Program-made: the position numbers and the translations under genes
Notes under the pieces: generated by a model
What the model saw: the letters and a program-made list of their open reading frames with translations, nothing else
Told to the model about the DNA's origin: nothing
Databases searched by the model: none
Shown here: one piece after another, positions 11,973 to 21,638 of the stretch
How the letters are laid out: every line of letters starts with the position of its first letter
How positions within the stretch are numbered: position 1 is the stretch's first letter
NCBI GenBank assembly: GCA_042216135.1
Contig: JBDGUG010000040.1
Coordinates: 1-48,343, forward strand
Direction of reading: 5' to 3'
DNA length: 48,343 nt
Source: Halarchaeum sp.
GTDB lineage: Archaea; Halobacteriota; Halobacteria; Halobacteriales; Halobacteriaceae

Positions 11973-12137
11973 TCAGCGCGCGGCGAGGCGCGCGCCGACG
12001 GCGCCGGCGACGCCGACGACGACGGCGACGCCGCCCAGGACGGCGGGCGAGGGACCGCTGGCGAACGCCTCGTACGCGAGCGCGAGCACGAGGAACGCGA
12101 GCGCGGCGACGGCGCCCCACGCGACCGTCTCGCGCAC
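11973..12137 (-). CDS. Small 2-TM membrane protein
   Basis: 54-aa hydrophobic ORF whose GTG start overlaps the ridA stop (TAGTG). Confidence 0.65.
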   Translation of the reverse strand: MRETVAWGAVAALAFLVLALAYEAFASGPSPAVLGGVAVVVGVAGAVGARLAAR

Positions 12138-12520
12138 TAGTCGCGCTGGGCGGCGACGGCTTCGATTTCGACGTCGACGCGCTTCGGGAGGTCGGCGACG
12201 GCGAACGCGCTCCGCGCCGGGGGGTTGTCGGCGAAGTACTCGCCGTAGGCGTCGTTCATCTCGTCGAAGTCGTCGATGTCCGCGAGGAGGACGGTGGTCT
12301 TGAGGACGTCCTGCATCGTCAGCCCCTCGTCCTCGAGGATGGCCTTCACGTTCTCGAGACACTGGCGCGTCTGGGTCGCGACGGGTTCGTCTCGGAGGTT
12401 CTCGCCGTCCGCGGTGAGCGGTATCTGGCCGGCGGTGAAGACGACGTTCCCGTCCGTGGTGGCCTGACTGTACGCGCCGACCGCCGCGGGCGCGTCCGGC
12501 GTCTCGATGATTCGCTTCAT
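12137..12520 (-). CDS. ridA: RidA/YjgF family enamine/imine deaminase
   Basis: APAAVGAYSQA, FTAGQIP, PPARS, VEIEAVA. Confidence 0.93.
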   Translation of the reverse strand: MKRIIETPDAPAAVGAYSQATTDGNVVFTAGQIPLTADGENLRDEPVATQTRQCLENVKAILEDEGLTMQDVLKTTVLLADIDDFDEMNDAYGEYFADNPPARSAFAVADLPKRVDVEIEAVAAQRD

Positions 12521-12610
12521 ACGTCCACCGTCACGCCCGCGCGCCTTAACTCTGGGCGCGGCCTGCCGCATCGCCGCGGATTTACCCGCGCGGGCACGTA
12601 CGTCCCGGTC

Positions 12611-13522
12611 ATGCGTCGCGCTCGCGCGCTCCTCGCCGGAATCGCCCTCCTCGCGCTCTCGCTCGCCGCCGCCCTCACCCGCCGCGCCGCCCGTCGCGCC
12701 GCTCGCGTCCCGCTCAGTCCCGTGACCGCCGGGTGGCACGTGGGCGCGGACTTCCCGGAGCGCGCGGGCCTCCTCACGGGCGAGGAACCCGAGGGCGAGA
12801 TGGACGACATGGCGCACTACGCCGGCCCCGACTTCGACCCGGCGCGCGTCCACCCCGCCGTCCGCGACTTCTACGAGCGAACCGGCGACTACGAGATGAC
12901 CGCGACGGCGACGTGGCACCGCGGCTTCCGCCGTGGGGCGGCGCTCGCGGCCCGCGCGACCAGCGCGCTCGAACAACTGAACCTCCCCGGCCCCACCGAG
13001 CGGTCCACGGTCGTACTCCGCGGTCGCTTCGCCACCGTCCGCGGCGACGCCGACCCGCGCGACGACGTGCGCGCGTGGGTGCGAACCGACGCCGACACCG
13101 GAGAAGCGGTGTTCGTCGCGCTCTACGGGAGTCACCGCGGCGGCCGCGACACGGACGCCGACGCGCAGCGGGATGAACGCTACGTCAACTCCGAATCGTC
13201 TGACGACGCTTCGTGCTCACGTATCGCGGAGCGATACGTGAACGTGGCCGTCCCCCTCCCGTTCTCGAACCTCTCGACGGCGCTCCACCTCGCGAACGCT
13301 GGCGGGCGCGCGGGCGCGACGGGCGTGGACCTCACGACCCGCGAGGGCGCGCTGTCGGGGCTCTACCTCGTGACGCCGCTCGGCTCGTTCGCCCTCCCGC
13401 TCGAACAGCGCTTCGCGGTGCGCCCGGACGGGGACGGTATCGCGGCGACGCAGACGATGTGGGTCTGCGGCCTGCGCTTTCTCACCGTCGAGTACGAGGC
13501 GACGCGCGTGGCGGCGGCCTGA
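12611..13522 (+). CDS. Hypothetical protein (YndJ-like soluble domain behind an N-terminal hydrophobic helix)
   Basis: FDPARVHPAVRDFYERT, EQLNLP, RAWVRT, YVNVAVPLP; host-like codon usage. Confidence 0.6.
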   Translation: MRRARALLAGIALLALSLAAALTRRAARRAARVPLSPVTAGWHVGADFPERAGLLTGEEPEGEMDDMAHYAGPDFDPARVHPAVRDFYERTGDYEMTATATWHRGFRRGAALAARATSALEQLNLPGPTERSTVVLRGRFATVRGDADPRDDVRAWVRTDADTGEAVFVALYGSHRGGRDTDADAQRDERYVNSESSDDASCSRIAERYVNVAVPLPFSNLSTALHLANAGGRAGATGVDLTTREGALSGLYLVTPLGSFALPLEQRFAVRPDGDGIAATQTMWVCGLRFLTVEYEATRVAAA

Positions 13523-13538
13523 GACGCCCGGCGCGTCT

Positions 13539-14750
13539 TCAGACGAGCACGTCGACGTCGTAGCCGGCGTCGCGGAGGCGCGCGAGGAGGTCGCGGACGT
13601 GTTCTTCGCCGCGGGTCTCGATGTCGAGTTCGACCTCAGCGGCGTTCATCGCGACGTCCCGGTTCGTGCGGTCGTGCTGGATGGCGTAGATGTTCGCGCG
13701 CTCGTCGGTGAGGATCTCGAGCAGGTCGTCGAGCGCGCCGGGGCGGTCCTTGAGAACGGTTCGGATCTTGACGTAGCGGCCCTGGTCGACGAGGCCGCGC
13801 ATGACGACGGTGGTGAGGAGGTTGAGGTCGATGTTCCCGCCGGAGAGGACGGGGACGACCGTCTCGTCGGCCTCGTAGACGAACTTCCCGGTGAGGAGCG
13901 CGGCGAGCGGCACGGCGCCCGCGCCCTCGACGAGCGTCTTCGCGCGCTCTAAGAGGAGGACGAGCGCGTTCGCGATTTCGGCGTCGCTGACGGTGACGAC
14001 TTCGTCGACGCGCTCTCGGATGACGGGGAAGGTGTGCTCGCCGACGCCGCGTACGGCGATGCCGTCCGCGATGGTGTCGACGTGTTCGAGTTTCTCCACG
14101 CGCCCCTCCCGGAGGCTGTCGGCGACGCTTGACGCGCCCTCGGCCTGCACGCCGACGACGCGAATGTCGGGGTCGATGCCTTTCAGGGCGGTGGCGACGC
14201 CGCTGATGAGGCCGCCGCCGCCGATGGGGACGACGACGGTGTCGACCGTGGGGAGGTCCTCGACGATTTCGAGGCCGAGCGTTCCCTGGCCGGCCATCAC
14301 GGCCTCGTCGTCGAACGCGTGGACGTACGTCAGGCCGTCCGTCTCGGCGAGTTCGTGCGCGCGCTCCTGTGCCTCGTCGTAGTCGATTCCGTGGAGTTCG
14401 ACGCTCGCGCCGTAGCTCCGGGTCGCTTTCACCTTCGAGATGGGCGCGCCCTCGGGCATCACGACGGTGGCGTCCACGCCGGCGCGCGACGCGGCGAGCG
14501 CGACGCCCTGCGCGTGGTTCCCGGCGGACGCGGTGACGACGCCGGCGTCGCGTTCGCCCTCACTGAGGCGTGCGATGCGGTTCGACGCGCCCCGGATCTT
14601 GAACGAGCCGGTTCGCTGGCCGTTCTCGAGTTTCAGGTGGACCGCCGCGCCCGTCATCGCGGAGAACGTGTAGGAGTGGTCGAGCGCGGTGTGGCGCGCG
14701 ACGGCGGAGACGTTCTCGCGGGCGTCCCGTACGTCGGAGAGCTCGATCAT
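13539..14750 (-). CDS. ilvA: Threonine ammonia-lyase with C-terminal ACT domain
   Basis: KLEN.Q.TGSFKIRGA (PLP Lys), SAGNHAQG, GGGGLISG, SGGNID, DRPG ACT motif. Confidence 0.95.
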   Translation of the reverse strand: MIELSDVRDARENVSAVARHTALDHSYTFSAMTGAAVHLKLENGQRTGSFKIRGASNRIARLSEGERDAGVVTASAGNHAQGVALAASRAGVDATVVMPEGAPISKVKATRSYGASVELHGIDYDEAQERAHELAETDGLTYVHAFDDEAVMAGQGTLGLEIVEDLPTVDTVVVPIGGGGLISGVATALKGIDPDIRVVGVQAEGASSVADSLREGRVEKLEHVDTIADGIAVRGVGEHTFPVIRERVDEVVTVSDAEIANALVLLLERAKTLVEGAGAVPLAALLTGKFVYEADETVVPVLSGGNIDLNLLTTVVMRGLVDQGRYVKIRTVLKDRPGALDDLLEILTDERANIYAIQHDRTNRDVAMNAAEVELDIETRGEEHVRDLLARLRDAGYDVDVLV

Positions 14751-14921
14751 ACGTACGGCGAGGCGGAGGCGCGCCTAAGCGGTTGGGGTCGCGAAGAGGA
14801 GCGTGTGACAACTGAGCCGATGCCCCGGAGCGTAATAAGCCCCCGGATAGCGGAGTGAAAGTGAAACTAGTCGGCGTCGTCGAACCGGACCGCTTTCCCC
14901 GCTCGCCCGCGCACGCCCGCC

Positions 14922-16283
14922 GTGGACTCTCGGCTCGCGTCGACGTGGCGCCGCGTCGTCTCGCTCGCGTGGCCCGTCTCCGTCGCCGCCGCGCTCCGAA
15001 CCCTGATGCGGACCGTCGACGTCCTCGTCACCGCCGCGTTCTCCCCCGCCGCCGTCGTCGCCGTCGGCCTCGCGAACCTCTACGGCCGCGTGCCGCTCCG
15101 CATCGGCATCGGCATCGGGAGCGCCGCAATCGCGCTCTCCAGCCAGGACACCGGCGCGAACGCCGACGCGAACCGGAACGAAGCCGTCTCCAGCGCCCTC
15201 GCCGTCGCCGCCCTCGCCGGCGTCCCCATCGCCGCCGCCGGCCTCCTCCTCGGCCCCCCGCTCATCCGCCTCTTCGGCGCCACCGGCGACGTCGTCGCCC
15301 TCGGCGCCACCTACCTCGCCGTCGTCCTCGCCACCGCGCCCGCGCGCCACGTCTCCATCGTCACCCAGCGCGCCCTCCAGGGAACCGGCGACACCCGCAC
15401 CCCCATGTACGTCAACGGCGGCGCCGACGTCGTCAACATCGCCGGCTCCGTCGTCTTCGGCTTCGGCCTCCTCGGCGCCCCGCGCTACGGCGTCCTCGGC
15501 GTCGGCGCCGCCACCGCCGTCTCCAACGTCCTCTCCGCGCTCGCGTTCCTCGCCGTCGTCCGCTCGGCGCGCGCGCCGTTCTCGCTCGTCCGCCCCCGCG
15601 ACCCCGTCGTCGCCCGCCAACTCCTCGCCATCGCCGGCCCGAAGATCGTCGAAGGCCTCGCACGCGTCGTCGCGCAGTTCCCGTTCAACGCCATCCTCCT
15701 CGCCTTCGGCACCCCCGTCAACGCCGGCTACCAGATCGGCCTCCGCGTCTACCAGCAGGTCACCAGCCCCCTCACCCGCGGCTACCGCACCGCCACGTCC
15801 GTCCTCGTCGGCCAGGCGCTCGGCGACGGCGACCCCGACGTCGCCCGCTACCGGACGTGGGCGACGCTCGCCCTCGGCGTCCTCACCGTCGGCGCCCTCG
15901 GCCTCCTCCTCGTCGCGTTCGCCCCCGCCGCCGTCTCCCTCCTCGCGTCCGGGTCGCCCGACGCCGTCCCGTACGCCGTCGCGTTCGCCCGCGCGTACGG
16001 CCTCTCCGCGCCCCTCCTCGTCGCGTGGGTCGTCCTCTCCGGCGCGCTCTCCGGCGCGAGCGAGACCCGCATCCCCCTCCTCGCGCGCGTCACCGGCGTC
16101 TTCGGCGTCCTCCTCGGCGGTACCTACGCCCTCGGCGTCCTCCTCGGCTGGGGCGAGTTCGGCGCGTACGTCGCCGTCGTCGCCCAGTACGGCTGGCTCG
16201 CGCTCGTCGCGCTCCTCGGGTTCGCCTACTCCGACTGGGCGACGCGCGCCGCCGACATGATGCGAGAACGCGGCAGCGAGTGA
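14922..16283 (+). CDS. MATE family efflux transporter
   Basis: About 12 TM helices; LAWP, G.GDTRTPM, LVGQALG, GA.ETRIP motifs. Confidence 0.92.
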   Translation: MDSRLASTWRRVVSLAWPVSVAAALRTLMRTVDVLVTAAFSPAAVVAVGLANLYGRVPLRIGIGIGSAAIALSSQDTGANADANRNEAVSSALAVAALAGVPIAAAGLLLGPPLIRLFGATGDVVALGATYLAVVLATAPARHVSIVTQRALQGTGDTRTPMYVNGGADVVNIAGSVVFGFGLLGAPRYGVLGVGAATAVSNVLSALAFLAVVRSARAPFSLVRPRDPVVARQLLAIAGPKIVEGLARVVAQFPFNAILLAFGTPVNAGYQIGLRVYQQVTSPLTRGYRTATSVLVGQALGDGDPDVARYRTWATLALGVLTVGALGLLLVAFAPAAVSLLASGSPDAVPYAVAFARAYGLSAPLLVAWVVLSGALSGASETRIPLLARVTGVFGVLLGGTYALGVLLGWGEFGAYVAVVAQYGWLALVALLGFAYSDWATRAADMMRERGSE

Positions 16284-16384
16284 GGCGGCCGACGTAGCGG
16301 GCGCCCTCGAACGAACGCGAGCGTGAGGGCTGCTGGACGCGCGCTCTCAGCGGAGAAAAACCCGGCCGAGCGGCGTGTGGCCGG

Positions 16385-17524
16385 TTACCGCTCGTCGAGG
16401 GCGGGGAAGTCCTGATCTGCGGGGCCGACGTAGCGGGCGCGCGGCCGGATGAGGCGGTTGTCGTCGTACTGTTCGAGGACGTGCGCGATCCAGCCGCCGA
16501 CGCGGGACATCGCGAAGATGGGCGTGTAGATGTCGATTGGGATGCCCATCTGGTAGTACGTCGTCGCGGAGTAGAAGTCGACGTTCGGGGCGAGTCCCTT
16601 CTCCTCCTTCATGTACTCCTCGATGGCGACGCTCATCTCGTACCACTTCGTGTCGCCCGCGGCCTCGCCGAGCTCCTCGGACTGCTCGCTGAGGATCTTC
16701 GCGCGCGGGTCCTTCACGTTGTAGACGCGGTGGCCGAACCCGGCGACGCGCTCGCCGTTGTCGAGGGCGTCCTCGACCCACTGGACGGGGTCCTTTCCGG
16801 ACGCGTCCACTTCCTTCAGCATCTCCATGACGTTCTGGTTCGCGCCGCCGTGGAGGCTGCCGCCGAGCGTGCCGACGGCGGACGTGATCGCCGAGTGGAG
16901 GTCCGCGAGCGTCGAGGACGTCACCATCGCGGAGAACGTCGACGCGTTCAGGCCGTGGTCGGCGTGCAGGACGAGCGCCTGATCGAAGACTTCCTCCATC
17001 ACCGCGTCCGGCTCCTCGTCGTTCAGCATGTAGAGGAAGTTGCCGGCGTGGCTGAGGTCCGCGCGCGGTTCGACGGGGTCGTCGCCGTTCCGGATGCGCG
17101 TGAACGCCGCGACGATGGTCGGAATCTTCGCGGTGATGCGTTTCCCCATCGCGAGGTTCGCGTCGCGGTCCGTCGGGTCCTCGCCGTCCGCGTCCTCGTC
17201 GAACGCGGAGAGCTCGGAGACGGCGGTGCGGAGCGCGGCCATCGGCACCTCGTCGGCCTCGGCGAGGTCCCGGACCGTGCCGAGGCCGGCGTCGTCGACG
17301 GCGCGCTCGTCGGCCATGTCTGCCGCGAACTCGTCGAGCTCGCCCTCCGTGGGGAGCTCGCCGTGCCAGAGGAGGTAGAGGACTTCTTCGTAGGACGCCT
17401 CGCGCGCCAGATCCTCGATGGTGTACCCCCGGTAGACGAGGCGTCCCTCGTCACCGTCGATGTAGCTGAGCCCGGACTCAGCCACGAGCACACCCTCGAG
17501 CCCCTTCTTGAGTTCGTCGGACAT
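16385..17524 (-). CDS. citZ: Citrate synthase
   Basis: KGLEGV, LHADHGLNAST, HGGAN, GFGHRVY, DPRA, PNVDFY. Confidence 0.97.
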   Translation of the reverse strand: MSDELKKGLEGVLVAESGLSYIDGDEGRLVYRGYTIEDLAREASYEEVLYLLWHGELPTEGELDEFAADMADERAVDDAGLGTVRDLAEADEVPMAALRTAVSELSAFDEDADGEDPTDRDANLAMGKRITAKIPTIVAAFTRIRNGDDPVEPRADLSHAGNFLYMLNDEEPDAVMEEVFDQALVLHADHGLNASTFSAMVTSSTLADLHSAITSAVGTLGGSLHGGANQNVMEMLKEVDASGKDPVQWVEDALDNGERVAGFGHRVYNVKDPRAKILSEQSEELGEAAGDTKWYEMSVAIEEYMKEEKGLAPNVDFYSATTYYQMGIPIDIYTPIFAMSRVGGWIAHVLEQYDDNRLIRPRARYVGPADQDFPALDER

Positions 17525-17757
17525 ACTCGACGGTTCTTCACGGTGTTTCAAAAGGGTTGCCTATTATCCATCGCCCCCTCGTGTGTCAACTTTTCACGCG
17601 GTAGTGCGGACGTGCGTTGAAGCCCGCGGCGGTTCGCGCGGACGGGGGCCACGGCGCGCACGCCCGGGGCTCCGGTCGGACGCTACGCCTCGCGCGCCCG
17701 CGACGCGAAGACACGCGTGACGTGGGTTTTTACGCGGGCGCGGCGAACCCACGGGGT

Positions 17758-18993
17758 ATGCCCAGCCGCGTCGAGTACGAACCCGCGAGCGTCAAGGACC
17801 TCCTCGCGGAGATGAAGGACACCGCGGAACTCCTCATCGACCTCTCCTTCTCCGCCGTCCTCCACGGCAGCCCCGACGTCGCCCGCGAAGTCCTCGAACT
17901 CGAAGAGCGCATGGACGTCCTCCAGCTCCGCGCCCGGATGAGCCTCCTGCTCGCCGCGCGCAACCCCGAGGACGCCGAGACGCTCGCGCCCGTCCTCGGC
18001 ATCATCGGCGCCGCCGAGAAAGTCTCGGACGCGAGCGGCGACATCGCCAAGGTCGTCCTCGAAGAGGTCGGCCTCCCCGACGCCATCCGCACCGCCCTCC
18101 CGGAGGCCGTCGAGCGCCTCGTGCGCGCCGAACTCGACCCCGCCTCGGACTACGTCGGGCGCACCCTCGAAGACGTCAACCTCGAGACGGACACGGGCGT
18201 CCGCGTCATCGCCGTCCGCCGCGGCGGCGACTGGCTCCCCAACCCCGGCGCCGAGACCGCGCTCGAAGCCGGCGACGTCCTCCTCCTGCGCGGGCCCGAG
18301 GAGTCCATCGCGGACGTCTACGAGACGGCGAGCGGCCGCGCCTACGAACCCCCCGCGGCCGTCGAACCCGACATCGCGGACCTCGAACGCGCCGTCGACT
18401 CCCTCGTCCTGATGAAGAACATGAGCGAACTCGCCGTCGACCTCGCGTACGGCAGCGTCCTCTTCGACAGCGACGACATCGCCGAGGAAGTCGTCGAACT
18501 CGAAGCCGAAGTGGACGCCCTACAGGCGCGCTTCGAGGCGTGGACGCTCCGCGCCGCCGCCGACGTCGCCGACCCCGTCTCCCTCCGCGGCCTCGTCCAC
18601 ATCGCCAACGCCACCGAAGTCATCAGCGACGCCGCCGTCGAGATCAGCGAGGGCGTCCTCCGGGGTCTCGACACGCACGTCGTCGTGCAGGAGGCCGTCG
18701 AGGAGTCCGACGAGGTCATCGTCCGCACCACCGTCGCCGCCGACGCCGCCCTCGACGGCACCACGCTCGGCGACGCCGCGGTGAAGACGGAGACGGGGAT
18801 GCGCGTCATCGCCGTCCGGCGCTCCGATGGCGTCGCCGACGCGCACGCCGGCTTCCGCGCCAGCGACGACGGCAACTGGGTCATCCAGCCCGGCCCCGCC
18901 ACCGCCCTTCGCGCCGGCGACGTCCTCCTCGCGAAGGGCACGCGCGCCGGCTCAGAGCGACTGCGCACGCTCGCCGGCGACGACGGGGAGTAG
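17758..18993 (+). CDS. PhoU-like/TrkA-C (RCK-C) tandem-repeat protein ('potassium channel family protein')
   Basis: Two repeats of a helical (MKD/MKN..EL..DL) unit plus an RCK-C domain (TG.RVIAVRR...L.AGDVLL). Confidence 0.85.
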   Translation: MPSRVEYEPASVKDLLAEMKDTAELLIDLSFSAVLHGSPDVAREVLELEERMDVLQLRARMSLLLAARNPEDAETLAPVLGIIGAAEKVSDASGDIAKVVLEEVGLPDAIRTALPEAVERLVRAELDPASDYVGRTLEDVNLETDTGVRVIAVRRGGDWLPNPGAETALEAGDVLLLRGPEESIADVYETASGRAYEPPAAVEPDIADLERAVDSLVLMKNMSELAVDLAYGSVLFDSDDIAEEVVELEAEVDALQARFEAWTLRAAADVADPVSLRGLVHIANATEVISDAAVEISEGVLRGLDTHVVVQEAVEESDEVIVRTTVAADAALDGTTLGDAAVKTETGMRVIAVRRSDGVADAHAGFRASDDGNWVIQPGPATALRAGDVLLAKGTRAGSERLRTLAGDDGE

Positions 18994-19169
18994 CGCTGAC
19001 GGCCGTTCACCGTAGTGGAGAGCGTCGCGCGGGACGTCCGTTCGCCCCCGATACCGCCGCCGCCGGCGTGAGAAACACGTCCGACGTCGCTCTCCGCTCG
19101 GACGCGCCTCCCGTGGCGCCGCTCTGACAGCGCGCTCGGAGCCGACACGTCGGGCATCGACGACCGCGT

Positions 19170-20033
19170 CTACGTGGGGCCGTGGTTGGAGCGGTCCCAG
19201 ACGGTGAGGACCGGACCGGACACCGACGTCTGCAAGTCCTCACTCTTGGAGCCGAAGGCGAAGCGAGTGAGCCGCCCGGACGTCGGCGCGCCGATGACCG
19301 TACAGTCGTAGAACTCGCCCTGCTCGACGATGGCGTCCACGACGTCCGCCTCCTCCGTGATTCGCGTGTCGACCTCTACGTCCGACCCGACCGCGCTCGC
19401 GAGGTCAGCGAGGAGGTCCTCGCGACGCGCACGCGCCGCGGGAGACAGATCCGGGTCGACGACGTGGAGGAGTTCGACCCACGCCCCGAAGTGGCGAGCG
19501 AGCGCGCCCCCGACACGGGCGGCGAGCCGCGAGTGCGGGCCGCCCGCGACCGGAACCAGGACGGCTCGTGTCCGCTCCGAGAGCGGGTCGGGGCGAACGC
19601 TCACGACGTCGCAGTCGACCGACTCGACGACCGACGTCAGCTCCGGCGTCTCGGACGTGAGGACGACGAAGTCCGCGTCGCACTCGTTCGCGCTCGTACT
19701 GAGGGCGGCGTCGAGCGTCCGCCCGGACCGAACGACCGCACTCAGCGGTCCGTCGTATCCGCCCTCCCGCACCGTGTCGACGACGAACCCGAGGCGTCGT
19801 TTCGCGGCCTCGAGCGTCTCCTGTGAGCGGTCGAGCGGCGTCTGGACCGGGAACAGCTCCGGTCGGACGAGAGCGAGGCCGCCGTCGGTACCGTCTGCGA
19901 GCGCTTCGCCGACGGCGAGGACGGACCCGTTGTCGCGGTTGCCCGGGAGCGAGACGAGCGTTCGCCCGCGTCCGGAGCCGGTTTCACGAGTCGACGTGAC
20001 CGGCCACACTTCCTCGTGATTCTCGGAGCCCAT
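19170..20033 (-). CDS. Tandem universal stress protein
   Basis: LVPVAGGPHS, VELLHV, IGAP...FAFGS motifs; two Usp domains. Confidence 0.85.
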   Translation of the reverse strand: MGSENHEEVWPVTSTRETGSGRGRTLVSLPGNRDNGSVLAVGEALADGTDGGLALVRPELFPVQTPLDRSQETLEAAKRRLGFVVDTVREGGYDGPLSAVVRSGRTLDAALSTSANECDADFVVLTSETPELTSVVESVDCDVVSVRPDPLSERTRAVLVPVAGGPHSRLAARVGGALARHFGAWVELLHVVDPDLSPAARARREDLLADLASAVGSDVEVDTRITEEADVVDAIVEQGEFYDCTVIGAPTSGRLTRFAFGSKSEDLQTSVSGPVLTVWDRSNHGPT

Positions 20034-20160
20034 ACGCGTTCTTTAGAAGAACTGATATATAATAATTCCCACTAGGAAACGGGAACGGAAAATACTACGC
20101 GCAGGATACTATGGATTAGAAAACACATTTAAATACTAATTGTCGATAGGAAACTAACGC
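20034..20160. promoter_or_regulatory. AT-rich divergent promoter region with three TAGRAAAC boxes
   Basis: ATATATAATAA and ATTTAAATA tracts; TAGGAAAC at 20073, TAGAAAAC at 20117, TAGGAAAC at 20147. Confidence 0.55.
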
Positions 20161-20266
20161 GGGGTCGGACAGGGGCGTCCGGTTCGCACGGATCCGCGGA
20201 GTACGCGCGGGCTCTCCGAACTCTCGAGGGGAAGACTGTTTACGCGAGACTGTCGACCCATCGCGT

Positions 20267-21007
20267 ATGGACGAACGGCTCGATGAGATTGACAAACGGA
20301 TACTCTACCGGCTCGTAGAGGACGCGCGTAACACGTCGGCGCCGATGGTCGCGGATGAAGTCAACGTCTCGGGAGCGACGATTCGGAACCGTATCGCACA
20401 GCTCGAAGACCGCGGTATCATCACCGGCTACCACGCCGAACTCGACTACGAGCGGGCGGAGAATCGGATGCAGAACCTCCTCGTCTGCACCGCTCCGATT
20501 CCGGAACGCGAAACCCTCGCGAAGAAAGTTCTGAACGTCCCCGGTGTCGTGAACGTCCGGGAACTCCTCACGGGCCGGCACAACATCCACGTCGTCGCGG
20601 TCGGCGCTGACACCGACGAACTGACCGCCGTCGCCCGACGCCTCACCGAACTGGGGCTCGAAGTCGAAGACGAACACATCCTCCACATGGAGGACACCGT
20701 CCCGTTCGACGAGTTCGGCCCCGAGACGGAGCGACGGAACACGCCGATGACTGACTTCCTGAGCCTCGCCGGTGGCGCCGAAGTGGTCGAACTCGCCGTC
20801 GCCGAAGACGCGCCCATCGCCGGACTGACGCTCTCCGACGCGAACGAACAGGGACTTCTCGACGACGACGTGCTCGTCATCGCGATCGAGCGCGACGACG
20901 ACGTGCTCACCCCCCGCGGATTCACCAGAATCGTCGCCGACGACCTCGTCACCGTCTTCACACGCGGCAAGTCCGACGAGAACGCCCTCGACGCCTTCAC
21001 CGGGTGA
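20267..21007 (+). CDS. Lrp/AsnC family regulator with C-terminal TrkA-C domain
   Basis: LDEIDKRIL..L..DARN HTH, RAM domain, then APIAGLTL...VIAIER RCK-C domain. Confidence 0.88.
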   Translation: MDERLDEIDKRILYRLVEDARNTSAPMVADEVNVSGATIRNRIAQLEDRGIITGYHAELDYERAENRMQNLLVCTAPIPERETLAKKVLNVPGVVNVRELLTGRHNIHVVAVGADTDELTAVARRLTELGLEVEDEHILHMEDTVPFDEFGPETERRNTPMTDFLSLAGGAEVVELAVAEDAPIAGLTLSDANEQGLLDDDVLVIAIERDDDVLTPRGFTRIVADDLVTVFTRGKSDENALDAFTG

Positions 21008-21038
21008 ACCCACTCCGTACTCCGGATTCACCGCGCAC

Positions 21039-21551
21039 TCACCGCTCCCTCTGCGTGTCACGGCGACCCCTGAAACGCTCTCGGGGACCACGCTCGGACC
21101 CGTTCGCGGTCGGCGCCGTGCACTCGCTCTCGTACGAGTCGCAGAACGCCCGCGCGAACAGCGAGAACCCGATGAAACCGTCGCGGCTTCGATAGCACTC
21201 CAACGTGACGACTGCGCAGTCCGGGAGTTCCTCGAATCGGCTCGCGACGTCGAGCCACTCCCACTCGCCGCCGGGGCCCCGTCCGGAGAGGGCGTACACG
21301 CCCTCGTCGCCGCCCCACGCGCACTCCACGTTCGTCCTCGTCTCCGCCTCGACGACGTGCGTCGATTCGTGAACGACCTGTCTGTCCCGCTTGACCCGAA
21401 TGTCGACCGTCTGGCGCTCTTTCGTCTCGTTGTCTATCCCTATCCACGGGACGCGCAGCGTCGAATCGAGGTAGGGGAACGGTTCGAAACAGCCGCTCCC
21501 GGCCGAGAGTCCGAACAGACCGGTGGCGCCGAGAAACGAGCGACGGTTCAT
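21039..21551 (-). CDS. Hypothetical Tat-exported lipoprotein
   Basis: MNRRSFL twin-arginine motif and GSGC lipobox-like sequence. Confidence 0.6.
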   Translation of the reverse strand: MNRRSFLGATGLFGLSAGSGCFEPFPYLDSTLRVPWIGIDNETKERQTVDIRVKRDRQVVHESTHVVEAETRTNVECAWGGDEGVYALSGRGPGGEWEWLDVASRFEELPDCAVVTLECYRSRDGFIGFSLFARAFCDSYESECTAPTANGSERGPRERFRGRRDTQRER

Positions 21552-21638
21552 CGCTATCGGTGTCCGCGGTGTCGGAGCGCGCGGATAAAATTCACTCAGA
21601 GCTACACGTTCGAACGCGTCGGGGGACGTGCGTGGACG

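Noticed and set aside
18815-18875. Extra loop (SDGVADAHAGFRASDDG) in the second RCK-C domain as a possible element insertion
   Set aside because: No duplication, clear hairpin or repeat motif; consistent with an ordinary variable loop.
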